From Owenia fusiformis (Eukaryota), in contig CAIIXF020000001.1 of assembly GCA_903813345.2 (NCBI GenBank), forward strand, positions 1,612,001-1,676,000: 64,000 bases of DNA, in the 5' to 3' direction. Numbering within the stretch: the first letter of the stretch is position 1; each line of letters starts with the position of its first letter. Shown one piece after another: positions 35,170-48,480 of this stretch. Made by a program: the position numbers and the translations under genes. The notes below the pieces were generated by a model, which did no database searches, had not been told where the DNA came from, and saw nothing but the letters and a program-made list of their open reading frames with translations.

Positions 35170-38100
35170 TCATTTGATAACATCACTCTCCCCAAACCTT
35201 CCATTTAGTTTGGCTTGTAAAAGTGGCGAAAGTCGTTCACCATTCTCTTCTATAAATCTCTCTTTTGTATACTCTCTGCTCCTGGAACGTCTTAACGAAT
35301 ACTGAGATAGTATGGTTGGTTGCGGAGGACGATAACTCCTCCAAGCCACTAAACTAGATAATGTGCTTAGTATCTTTAACGTGAGTGCTAAGAGCATCAC
35401 ATTTAGTCCCATTTGAGCATTGTCATATACTAAACACGAAGTATCTGAGCCGCACTGAGATTGCCAAAGAGTACAAGTGTGATCGAGAACGGCACCAAAG
35501 AGAACCGTACCTGGTATTGTTCCAAGGACACGGATGAGTGTGGCACGTATCCCCATAGAGAACAATCTATGGGTCTCTTTAACATACCTGGAAAACAGGA
35601 AAAACTATACATGTACAATTGCATTAAAATATAGTTCCATAGAAATCACATCAAGTGGAATAAGAAATTTGGAAATCTAGTATCAAGTCTCTAAACTCCA
35701 ACTTACTCCCCCACATTGTGGAAGGCGAGTTTCTGGAGTGCGCAATTTGAAATGAAATTGGTATCCTCGAAAATATTTGATTTAGCCAGATCATTTTAAA
35801 ACCAATATGAACTCAAAAGGTTCACCTCATGTTGGCTTGGGTTCCGGCAACGTGAGTGGCAAACAGGAAGAACATATTGAAGAATAGAAATATGATAAAG
35901 GCGAACATCGCGGGACACCATGTCACACAAGCCTCCTCAACACTTGCTCGTTGGCTCATAGAATCCACACATGAACAATTCGAATAATTCTAAAAACAAA
36001 ACCTAAAAGCATTAAAGTACTTGAAGTTATTCAGCAGAAACCCCCACATTTTTAGTGACTTCATATTAACGGAGGTCGAGTTGAAATAATCATGGCTGCC
36101 AATCCTCCAAAATGTCGAATAATTTTATGAATCCCACATCAAGTTGTGCAGTAGAATATATTCAAAATGAGTCTATATTTATATTGTGGAAGAATACAGT
36201 ACATACCAATGATTCGACATCAGAACTTTTGCAGCCAGCATGGCAGGGAGAAAAATAAACATTTCCATCGTCCCCACATATTGGATTATATGTTGAATGA
36301 CACGAACACGCATCATTGCACGTATTCTTCATAGAAACAAGCGTACTAAATCAAAATGAAACAAACTTTTAATGAGTTACCGCTCCAGCAAAGCTAGTTC
36401 TACGAGCAAATATCTGATATCAGACATTCAAATGATCATTCGAACATCCCCAAATGCATTTACATATATGTACTCGTATTAGTCTTAAATCATTTTAATT
36501 GAATTACAAAACATTATCTCACTATGTAAAATCCCATGATTAATACAGTATCATAAACCCATTAAACATACATATCAGTTGTTTTAATTCGTTTTAACCT
36601 GTTATCATAGGTTTATGTATAAGACGTAATTATAACAATAAATGATACGGACTTTTTTGGAGTTTCTCCTCTGATACTTGTATAATTTGTTTTAATTTGT
36701 TATCAGCTGTTATCAGCTGTTATATTCCATCTGGTTCAACTGGGAAAAACATATTATACTGGATGATACATTTCTCTGCTCTTGCGTATAATTTGTTTAC
36801 ATTAGGTTACATGTTGTTGACACAACGTGTTGACACTATCTTGTTGACATAGACATATTGAGTGTTTTAATAAAAGCGGGTATTGATAAATTAGGTTTTG
36901 ACATTTGAAAGTTGTAATGAATTAATATAAATGATTTTTCAAAATAAGTCACCAGAAGTGATTAGTGCAGCAGTTGAAATATATATTTTAGTTTTAGCAT
37001 TTATAACGTGCTTGCAAAAACACGGGCGCCCATTTAGATTATTAGCGGTTTTATTATAATATTGGATTGCTTCAATGCGCTCCATTCAAGCACTAAATAT
37101 CAAAAGAAAGATTTCAGTACCCCTTAACTTCGCTCCCGGACTTCACTATTCACCACCTCCCCTCCCCCTTCCCCAATTATCTTTTATGACCCCAGATTGT
37201 TCGTTTCTGTGCCCCCCCCGTCCATGGCAAGTAAGTAATCTATGTGTATATCGGCTCCCTCCCAATGGTGGGCAAAACCAGATGCAGGCATAGACATTGA
37301 CAAGATGAGGGGATTAAAAATAAAAATAGTTTTGTTTTAGGATCTGACTGAAATATTTTGGCACTGTTCAACGAAGCGGTTTAAGGAATTAGAGGCAGAA
37401 ATAATTCCTAGATGACCTGTCTTTACTGTAATCAAGATGCTACCTAACCGCAGTTTTAAAAGTTATTTATCTTTTGTGATAATCTAATACTACTTATAGA
37501 TTGGTTTTCCAAATGTAAGACCCCGTATAAGACCCTTGTCTCTGATTGTGAAACATGTGTATGCATCAAATCCGAGGAATATTACATTATGTGAAACAAT
37601 TCCAAAATGTTTTGTCTTGAACTCAATCAAATAGCAATATATTTCAACATGTGGAAATTGTTTATTAACGTAATGTCGGGCACTATAGGTGAACGGGTTT
37701 TCAGTTTTGCTCTTTTTTGTCACACTTAAATTGTGTGCTTTATTTATTTGGAATTTGAATTTGAATCCAATAAAGCTTATAGTATCATTTATTAACAGAT
37801 GCATCGAGGTAGAGCCACCGTTCAAAAGACATAAACATAACTCTGTCGAGTGCAATAAATCCATGCATATCCATTTGTAGCAATCATACGGCCAGACCAG
37901 GGGAACACAGGGGAACACAGTTACCCTTCGCATCCTTACATTGTCCGCATGTCAACCATACGGCGACCGCACGGTCAGCCTGCCTTTCGCACCTCTCATA
38001 CACGTGTACAAATTCTAAGATCATATTAATTACCATTGATTCCTAGTTTTCAATCCCTGGTTTTCAAAGCCCGTTAGATGTTAATGAATGGAGATTTTAT

Positions 38101-41100
38101 TTTAAATGTGCTTTCATTAAACAGCCAGGAAAAATAAACTATTTTTCATTTCCCAGGAATCACATAATCCGTCAAAATTCATTTAATTTAAAATGTATCT
38201 AATATTATCATGTATACAATCAGACAGACTGGCTATTCTAATCTGTTATGAAAAGCCATTTGTTTTTTCCTCTACAGGATGTTTCTGCGGAAGTTAATTT
38301 GTTTATCTTAGTGTTTAGAGGCAATGTCCTTTGACGCTTTCGTGAAATAAATGATGGATTACAATTGTATATTTTCTACAGGAACAGCTACCCGAAGTAG
38401 ACACTGTTACATTATTTTCATTTTAGGTCTCTCTAATTAGTTGCATTGCAGAAGTCTAATATTATTCTCTCCTGTGCCGAGGGTACTTATACCCGTAGCC
38501 AAGGGGGGGGGGTTCAAGGAGTCCAACTCAACAGAATTCGAATTGAATACAAAATAAATTCATAACATATAAATATATAAATACATAATGTCTATCCAAG
38601 TCTTCTTGCAATTTCTGAACTTCAAATGCGCCTTTTGATGTGTGATAACAAAATACAAAATAAATACTTAATGTTACTCCAGCTTGTTTTTATAGTAATT
38701 TGGCAATTAAACATGCATATAAAGAGATAGCAATGTGTGTACTGTGTACAACCCGAATCCTCTCCCGATCAGGTCACGTTTTATATGTCTCTGATGTAAT
38801 AACTGCCCTGTCAACCCTCACGCATTAGGCATGATTGTTACGCATTTGTTGGAAAAATAGAAATCACGCATCAATTTAGCGTGTATGATCAAATATCACG
38901 CAAATCACGGATTTTGTTAAAATTTTTAAAAATCTTTTTTTGTGAAAAGCCGACACGGTAAAATACCGAACGGCGAAAAAAAGCGAACGCATTCCGTTCG
39001 GTCTTTGCACGCGATTGCCGTTTATGTCACACATTTGGTACAAAATATGTGTATATATCACGCATTTGTTTCGAAAATATTCACACCTACCTATTTGATT
39101 GAAATCATTCAAATCAAAGTTGGCATTCGAGAACAAAAATGTGTCCAGTCAAAAATAGATTTCTAATGTTTGATTTGAGTAGTTGTATTTATTGATCCTT
39201 GTTTTTCAATCTACAGATGGTTCACTGAATTCCGAAGTAAACAGAAAATAATATATATTTCCTTGGTTCCCATGATACTGCCTATAACCCAGGCCCGTAG
39301 CCAGGATTTGCCAAGGGGGGGGGCAGTTTTCAAAAATGTCTAGGGGGTTCACATTTGACAATTTTGGTCCAAATATGGCTAAAATCACACGAGAAATGCT
39401 CAAAATGGTGAAAAACTGCATGATTTTGAAAGAATCTTTGGCCAGGGGGGTTCGCCCGAACCCTGCGAACCGCTCCCCTGGCTACGGGCCTGCCTATAAC
39501 CTATAATACTCATTTATTAAAACAAATATTAATTTATCCGTCTGTATAAAGCCTTTTGTTATAAAAACCCATAAATCCTCACCATATAAATATAGTTTTA
39601 TTGATGACCAAAAACAGATATCAGGGGCGTAGCCAGCTTTCAGTCAGGGGGGAGGGGGTGCGATCGCCAAAAAGTTTTCGGTTTTCAGTCAGGTAGGGTA
39701 CGATTGTGGCCTGAGCAGCATTTTAAAGCTCCTTTCTTCTTCTTTCTCAGGGTTTTATTTTTATTGTTAAGGGGGGGGGGTGAGATCGCACCCATCACAA
39801 CCCCCCCCCCCTGGATACGCCCACGGATATTTTGGCAACTTCAACGTTTACCCCCCCCCCCCCCCCCTAATCATTTTTGCGCCCCCTCTAAATATCAGAC
39901 CAATCAGGCGATGAGACATGGATCAGGATACCCTGACTCCCAAGCTGTGCGACTTCTGGCAACCGCTACACCTATATTCCCGGGGGAAATGCTTTTTCCT
40001 TTGAAAAATTATCAAATATGGTCATGTGTGGGCAAACACGGAGGAGGAGGAGAGGGGTGCGTGCATTGCGTGCGATCCTTTATCAGTTGTGTACCTTATT
40101 TTTGTATGAATTTCTCCCGAGCAGTTATGCTAGAGGGGTTATAATATTCATTTCTGTTTTCAAATAAAATAATTTCACCCTTGCCCGATTGGCTTGTAGA
40201 TAATGCACGAATCAAAAAGCATGGAGATCAGATAATTAGATTGATTCGTTTTTTCGCAATCAGATGAATTAACTTATTGTTTTCTCTGATTAAAAGGCGG
40301 TTTGAAGCTACTTTTATAGGATTTGTAAATTCGCAATCAGACTGGCTTATTTTAATATTTAATCAGTGCAAGAGGAGGGGACTATAATGTAGAAAATCGT
40401 TTTGATTTCGACACTAACTGAAATAATTTATCACAATAAATTGTTAAATACGGAAACAGAGACCGGTTTAAAAACGAAAAGAGAGGCAAAAAACTCTATT
40501 CATACAATGTAATTAAAACCCGGGAATTAAAAGCAATTTTAGACTGTTAGATCTTCTGTAATCAAGGTGATGTTGGTACACTTCCACCGTTAGAAAAACA
40601 AAGACTAAGACAAAGACTATATAGCAATTAATCCTTTTGTAATCATTAAATGTTAAATGTAGATTCTTATTATTTCGTTGGACAATGTTAAGACTTCTGA
40701 CCAAGATTTATTCATTTATGTTTGTATTTAAAAAATAGTATTTCAATCAGACAGACGTTCTAATGAGTTAGAAAAATACATTTGTCCATCACCTCTCAAG
40801 AAGTTTTCAAAAGTAATCAAGTCGATTTGTTTATTTTAGTGTTTAGCATTGTTTTTCATAACTTGACGCTTCCATGAACAGAATGACTTTGAAATGAGTA
40901 TTTATAATTTTAGCTTTTATACGACATGCTTATTGTATATTTCTATATGAACGTTGTAGTGATGTGATGTAACATCGCCCCCCCCCCCAAATACAGGTAT
41001 ACAACTTTTGGTCGGAATACTTTAACTTGCGATTAAAAGCAATTTTAGACTGTTAGATGATCTCTTATGTAATCTAGGTGATGTTGGTAGACTTCCGCAG

Positions 41101-44100
41101 TTAAGAAAACAATTTACTAAGACAAAGAGAACTATGTAGCAATTAATCCTTTTGTTATCACTAAATGTTAGATTCTTTATTGGACAATATTTTGACTTCT
41201 GTCTCCGATTGTTATGCAGATATGTGTATATAATCATGTGAACAACATATTACGTGGAAATTTTCCATATTCATTCTCATAATGTCTTACAGGTATTTCG
41301 CAAATGACATGCATGTAAGCCTAAATAACATGTGGACGTAATATTGCAGAACTGAGCGAAAAGAAAGGTTGAACAAATCAGATTAAGATATTTTATTTTC
41401 TAAATGCACAAAGGGCAACAGTTGAAGAGCAAAAATTAAAGGCTTTTGTATGATCCCCTTCTATAGTGCCCTACCCTTTGCATTCGTTCGACTTCACTTC
41501 TTAAAAGAGAGTTTCGTCTTCTCGTAGTATATAACTAGACTCTGCACGTAGCGTAATAGTGCCCCTATTAGCCATGTACAGGGGCGTAGCCAACTTTCAG
41601 TCGGGGGGCGGGGGGGGGGTGCGATTGCCAAAAAACATTATCGGATTTCAGTCTGAGACAAATGGTCAAACATGAGTTTCAAAAAACTTCTAGAATTACC
41701 TTATGTAAATATTTACGTTAGCTTGTTTAATTAAGGTCTCACGTTATGAAAACAAAGTGCCATTAATTTCTGAACCGTATAATACAGTATCATCTGTTTG
41801 GTCTCTGTATATTCCAGTTTAATTTGTATTATACAAAAATGATATGTATAATTTGTATTATACCACTTTGAAACCTGTTATAATAGAAAATGATATGCGT
41901 ATAATACTGTTTAATCTGATCCTGACTTAAATTATATCAGGTTAAACTGGAATATATTTTGGTTTAATCGGGTATCATTCTCTAATGATATTTGAGTCCG
42001 GATCAGATGTTATAATATTGAATGATACTTTCTGTGATATTGGATTAAACAACAAATTAAACATCAATATAAGATGTTATCACAAGTATTAATCATAGGA
42101 TTTTACATAGTGTCTGATCTATCATACACGTTTTCTAAAATTGCACGTTCACGTATTGTACCTTCCATTGTAGCCAGTGTTTACCCCTACTAAGGGGATT
42201 GTGTCACAGTAAATGATGCAAGGGAGAGTGCAGAATACTGTGATGAAATTCAATATGAACACCAACTTGAGTAAACCCCTGCACGACAACTTCAGCTTCT
42301 TTATAAGAATTCCTCCAAATATGTCTCCACCTGCTGCACCCGGCACAGCGATTAAACCTGAAATTAAACTTCCATAAGTTTAGCAACTTGAGGTTTTCAT
42401 TGAAAATCCAATCAAAGCCTGTCAAAGTTGGAATCTTTTTTTCCTAAATTACCCTCATGTCTTTGATAAACTTTATCAATTTTATTGCCAAACATAAACA
42501 TGCCTTGGTAAGTGATCCAAGAGGGGAATTCTATAGTTGACAAATTATACTTTTGGAGGGGAGTGTATATTAAGACTTCATGGAGGGGAGTGTATATTAC
42601 GACTTTATGGAGGGGAGTGTATATTAAGACTTTATGGAGGGGAGTGTATATTAAGACTTTATGGAGGGGAGTGTATATTAAGACTTATGCAGGGGAGTGT
42701 ATATTAAGACTATTTGACTTGTATTTGAACCTTGTGCCTACCAAATGCTAAAAGTTCATTAATAGACTTTTAGGTCAATGGAGGAAGCGAAGAATGGCTT
42801 GTATCAATCTCAACAAGAACACTAAAATACAAATCTTAATTGGCAATTTCCTATATATTTAAAATATATTATCGATTCATCTATTCTGAATTTAATATGT
42901 TTATGGCCGTTTTGTATTAATATTAGTAAAAGGATGTTTAAAGGTCGCATACATGTCAATTTTATAAGTATCTAAACCAACATTCAGTGAATACTCACCG
43001 AATACCATACCAGCCATGCTGCTACTGAGATGGAATTGATTCTTCATTAATTTTGGTCCGAACGCCGAGAACCCAGCCACAAGAACAGAATTGAAAACAT
43101 CCACAAAGATACTGCTTACATAAGGGGGATTCCTCATCAGCTCGATGAACGTCTTTGGAACTTGTTTCAGAGGAACTCCAAAGCCAACATCACTCTTTGT
43201 GTGTGATGAGGCTCCATGGCTCTCTGACTGCCGTGATGCTCGTATTGCTGCAGCTCCTTATAATAAAATACGAATAGCCTTATGATAAGTTGATTCTTGT
43301 TTTTCACGCAGTACTCATCCAAACACATATGAAGTGATCCGTTGTCGTGTGTGATTTTAGAACACGTTTCTCAGTCGGAAATTGTCAGAGAACAGAATTC
43401 GGATTATTTCATATGGATCGAAATGGGGACTGCGTTTTATATATTTTTTACATAAATGAATTAACACATCCAACGTGTTATAGGAGTAATTATACCTGGT
43501 AAATCCCTAGGGAATGCCGAAAGCGGCAAGGCCACGAGAAGAGAAAGGAAAGCCGTCAGCAGAAATCCCAACCACCATGCACCAACCCAGCGACTGTCGG
43601 ACTGATTTATTGTAACACTTGAAAGAACCAAACAACACATATACAAAAATCTAAATTGAAAGATTGCCGCAACGTTGAGATTTCTGGATTTGTGTTCTTC
43701 ATCAAATATCAAGTCGCCCGTCGTATATGGCCATTATAGGCATGTACATGGGCATACGATCACTTATCTTATTCGAACTGTATTTTCCTTTTCAAGACAA
43801 TATTTTGATTTTAACGGCCTTGAAGTAAAGTTTTATCAAATAACCATTCCTATAGTCCATGTGCCTCTGAGTAGAAAGCTAGCTAAGCCATTTCAACATT
43901 CCATGGTAATCTCTTCATTTGAAATCACCGTTGGAGAGACGCAGTGAATATCGAAATGAATTCCTCATAGCAAATAACGCACCTGTCGGTTTGCACTCTG
44001 TCAAAATCTGTATATATTCCTAGAAGCATACCGCCACCAATGAAACCTAAACAAGGCCCTATCACTCCCAGACATGCATATATTGCTGAAAGAAGAAAGG

Positions 44101-45206
44101 TTGACATTTCTATATTTTAGATTGTGATCTAAAACCTTCGGGAAGATTAAAATCAGGGTGGCCAAAAACGAAAATTTCTTTATTTGACGATTATTTTTTT
44201 CAACTATGCATATGTTTCTACAGGAGATGTATGAATCTTGAACAATGTTTCTGAATAAGAAGGGTTGGTCGACATTTTCCTCGGGTCTAATTGAAAACAA
44301 ACAGTTGTCAGTGTGGGTTAATATTCAAAACAACAGTTTCACACATACATGTATATCGGTCATATTTCAAATAAAAGTACTAGGTTGACATCGTATACAG
44401 TCAGTCAAAGGGAATGAAATTTTTGATTAAAATTAACGTTTTTTGGCCCACCCTGTAGATTCCGGTTTGATACCAACAACAATGCTACATAATCCGCTGC
44501 AAACCCAGAAGTATTACTAACAGAAATATAACGAAAATGATGAGGTAGGGGTTGTGTCATCCAGGAACGTTACTCCCAGTGCGTGAATGCAGGTTGATCC
44601 TAGACCATGTAAGACATTCCCGAGAACGAACAACCAGAAATATATTGACAGTCCATTGCCTCTGGAGGAACTCTGACCATAGTCACACATATTAGTTGTA
44701 TTGCTGTGGTTGGTAGTTGTACCACTACACAGTAATGTGTTATCGACTGATTCACCATCACTATAGTCATACAGCGGTGACAGAAAGTGGGGTAACGTGA
44801 ATATAAACGATCCCAAAGCTGTTATAAGCGCTGCCAACGCTAACCATCTTGGTCGGTGGGCTTTCGAAAGAAATATTGTAACAAGTAAAGAGACTGGGGC
44901 ATTTGCCATATCATATGCGCTGTAAATCACACCACTGAGAGTACTGCTTAGTTGGAATTTCATCTCAATACTAGGCAGGCTCACACCTAATTGTCCATTT
45001 ACTGCCATTGATAATGCTAAGTTTCCCACACCCAGACACGCAAGGAAGTATGGCGTTTTGTTGAATCGCTGTAGACATAATGGAGTTAGATGTCCCCATC
45101 CAAACTTGAAGTCGGTTTCAGGGTTTAAATCTTCGTTTCTTTCTATAGCAATGAAGGGCAATGCCAATGGTTTACTGCCGTAATCTTCATTGTTTTGGTC
45201 CTTCAT
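35170..45206 (-). CDS. SLCO4-like: Organic anion transporting polypeptide (SLCO/OATP, SLCO4-like), copy B, ~694 aa
   Basis: Exons 45206-44522, 44085-43983, 43617-43496, 43256-42999, 42357-42162, 36345-36207, 35989-35826, 35587-35170. Contains DSRWVGAWWLGF and PICGDDGNVYFSPCHAGC. Internal exon sizes 103/122/258/196 are identical to copy A. Confidence 0.92.
39290..39492. mobile_element. hAT-like MITE with 9-bp TSD
   Basis: CCTATAACC|CAGGCCCGTAGCCAGG...CCTGGCTACGGGCCTG|CCTATAACC. Confidence 0.8.
39622..39825. mobile_element. hAT-like MITE (CAGGGGCGTAGCCAG family)
   Basis: CAGGGGCGTAGCCAG...CTGGATACGCCCACG. Partial relatives at about 41579 and inverted at about 49356-49417. Confidence 0.6.
42549..42711. 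repeat. 27-bp minisatellite, ~6 copies
   Basis: (TTTATGGAGGGGAGTGTATATTAAGAC)n. Confidence 0.9.
44154..44455. mobile_element. Tc1/pogo-like MITE
   Basis: CAGGGTGGCCAAAAACG...CGTTTTTTGGCCCACCCTG|TA. Confidence 0.6.
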
Positions 45207-45454
45207 TTTTCTGGCACGACGCAGGTACCTACGTCCAGTTTTAGTACATAAACTATTAGCCTACACTGTCAAGAGTCCACATTTATGTTCCTTATCACAG
45301 TAGTGAACTCAAGAGGTCGACCTAACATCTATAGTAGTAAAGACATTGTTATTGACTTTGTCATTTACAGGTTTTAGGTGAGAAAATTGCATATTTTCAG
45401 TCATGATAAAATTACAGTAAAACCTGTTTTAGTTAACACCTCGCTCGTCTCTCT

Positions 45455-45706
45455 CCGTGGCGGATCCAGGAACCAACAGGGGGGGCCAAATTTGAGATCA
45501 GAGAAAAAATGTTGGGCCCCTAAAACCGAAAAGTCAAAATTTGGCCTAAAATTAAAAAATAAGGCCTTAGAAGGCCCAATAATGACCAAAAGGCCCACTT
45601 TTTGAGGCCTTTTTTGGCCTAAAATTTTTTGGGCCCAACTTTTTTTTCTGGGCCAACCTTAGGGGGGGGCGGACCCCATGCCCCCCCCCCCCCGGATCCG
45701 CCATAG
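45455..45706. mobile_element. hAT-like MITE (GGCGGATCC TIR family)
   Basis: GTGGCGGATCCAGG...CCGGATCCGCCATAG. Same family as 59376-59699, in opposite orientation. Confidence 0.75.
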
Positions 45707-46612
45707 CTCCGTGCCACTCCCTCTCGATTTGATTTCAGAACCGTATCAGCTGTTACATATGGGTTAGCTGTAAAATATAATACCACACATAACCAGTTTT
45801 AATCTTTATGTAATTTTCAGATTAAACTTTGCTACACACTTTAACTTTTGAACTGACAAGTTGCACTCCAAATACGGGTTTAATGCACGTACCCACATCT
45901 ACTCAGCTATGCTAATTCTAGATCATTGGTACAACAGACTTAAATTCAAAATATATCTTTAGTAGCCTAGGGCTTCAAAGATAAGGGCAAGTAAAAACCA
46001 ATTAATGCCCAATGTTTCGATACATCGTTGGCGTCCCCTATGTCCCCTATCAAATCACACATTATCAAAATTCAGAGGTTTAAGGTCTTAATGTTGAATA
46101 ATGTGACATTTTCTCAATCTTTTCTGCTTTTTTCCTCGTTGAACTACATGTCGAAGATTGCTTTTGCTGACTTTATATCAAAATAAATCAATGGGTCCTA
46201 AAGGTCCTCAAATTCAAATTTATTTTTAAAAAACCCTTTAATTGGAATGACATGGGATTGATACTCTATCACTTTCATTCATCGAAGCAATCTAAAATCT
46301 CAGTGTACAAAACCTGTAACACGCGTATACAAAAATTTTTATTCCCTACATGAAAATAAGTTTTGCTAAATGATTTGATAAATAGATGGCATGTGATCTT
46401 ATTTGTGGCAAACCCACCGTTTCGTAAATGGAATAACATATAGATGTGCGATTTTCAAAAGTAATCAAATAGCCTATATCATCAGAGTAAGACATTTTGC
46501 TAGGGAAACTTTCGGAAAAATTCCCAGGAACTGGATAAGAGACCAATTCATAGAATCATTAATAAATTAAACCAAATGTTTTTGTGATTTTTTAAGACAA
46601 AGACGGATGTTA

Positions 46613-46840
46613 CGCGGTATATGGCATACATTCATGGTTGCGCGGTATTTGTGATACGGGTGAATATGCCATACTCACATTCGGTATATGGCATATTCCG
46701 CAGGTGAGTATGTGATATTCCGCAGTGAATATGCGATACATTGATTTCAGTGAATATCCGATACTCACCTGTGGAATATTTATATCATACTCACTTGCGG
46801 AATATGCCATATAGCGCAGGTAAATATGACATATACCGCA
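46613..46840. repeat. Small foldback of short ATATGGCATA/TCAC.TGCGG motifs
   Basis: GCGGTATATGGCATA...TATGACATATACCGC ends with several internal inverted copies. Confidence 0.5.
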
Positions 46841-47656
46841 GACTCAACGTGAACGCCAAATATTTATTCGGATTGCTCTAGATGCTAAAATAGATTTTTT
46901 GTACCATTCCACATCAAATAAAGAAATAATCAAGCTATGGTCATTTTACAGTGAAATGACTGTCATCGAATATTTGGGGGATTTGGGGCAAAAACGAGAA
47001 TCGATTGACTTCCTTTGAAAAACGATTAAGGAGTTAACGAGTTCTCTTACTGGAATTCGATACTTGCCCCTCTTTGTCGTTGTTGCTCGTTTTTTATTTA
47101 CAGATACATTCATGATCTATATGTTTACATTTCCTGTAGCCTATCCTTTGTTCTTTAAGATTGACTATGAGAACAACCTAGAACAATTATGCCCTGTGAA
47201 GTGTGATTAAATGCAATTGCAAGTTCATTGAACCCTGACATCCTTGAGGATGGCAAGCTGTGGGTTTTTTCTAAACGATATTATTCAGTGGAGCCAAGAA
47301 AGTGCCGCTTAAGTTTTCAACATGTATTACCCTGATCTTGAGTTTTCTTACTAAATCATTATGTCTTATGTATGGACACATTCATGATGTATGGTTGAAT
47401 CTGAATCAATTCTTTTATAATCTATACTATTGATATTTTTCATGTATGTTTCACATGTTATTTGTTCAGAATGTAATTTTCAACATATGTAATTTAATTG
47501 CAATTTGGTGGAATAAATTACAAATTGTATAACTCTTGTTTGTGTTTAAAACTGAAAAAAATCGAAAATGTGGGATGTTGACATTTTTAATCAGTGTATC
47601 ACGTCAAAATTGCTTCACTTATTCTTCTTTCCAAAGTACAATGCTCGTCACTGGGC

Positions 47657-48480
47657 TTTATTATCCCATCGAAAAGAGTTCGGGGGATATTTAAAACGGC
47701 CTGTCCGGACAAGGACAAGTTCTGCTCGAAGGCCGATTTTCAAAATGGCAGCCAGTTTCAAAATGGCCGCCATTTTAGTATCAGTTTTGCAGTATTTTAG
47801 ATACAACTTATAAAACTGTAATATTAATATCTTTTAATGCAAAAAGTGTATTGCTTAAGTTGAAAATTTAAATATTTAAAAACATGGTGGCCATGACATC
47901 CTTGGCAGCCGTGACATGATATTTTACGATTTTTGGTGTTACTGGAAAAGTAGTGTCCGATTTTGATATGTGAATACTCATGAGCAGACACACTGTCTTA
48001 TGACACTTTGGATAGTAGGCGGCCATTTTGAAAAAATGACCACTATTTCTACGTGTTTTACATTTTTACTTTAATAAGTAGTTAAGTGATTTTGTTGAAA
48101 TTGTATATATAATAATAAAAAACACTGTCAAAATTTAGAAAACATGAATAACGTGGAACATAAATTAATGTTTCTATTTAATTCAGAGGGAATAATATTA
48201 AATATACTAGCAAAATATATATCTAATATTTTTATCGAGAGAGAAAAAAACACGAAATGCATCCAATAAAATCTTGCAATGATCAAGCACCCTTTGATTA
48301 GTTAATATACTATATAGATAATTAGTTAAGCTTTTTCATTTTTTCTGTTTAAGCTGTACACTTTGCCCAAATGTGGGATAAAAGTATAATAAAGCTCATA
48401 ATAATAATATGTGCATATTTAATAAAAGCACATTGCACATTGTTATGACAATTGGCGCTGGCGTTGCTATTATCTAGTTT
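47657..48480 (+). mobile_element. HINE/Helitron-like non-autonomous repeat
   Basis: TTTATTATCCCAT start, CAAAATGGC(A/C)GCC units, TTATCTAGT end. Related to 7323-7950. Confidence 0.5.

Larger units (their letters stand above)
36520..42112. mobile_element. CACTA/EnSpm-type non-autonomous element (~5.6 kb) filling intron 5 of SLCO copy B
   Basis: TCT|CACTATGTAAAATCCCATGATTAATAC ... GTATTAATCATAGGATTTTACATAGTG|TCT (3-bp TSD). Confidence 0.75.

Noticed and set aside
42549-42711. CRISPR-like array (also 12998-13133 and 54622-56030)
   Set aside because: Head-to-tail repeats without unique spacers, eukaryotic context, no cas genes.
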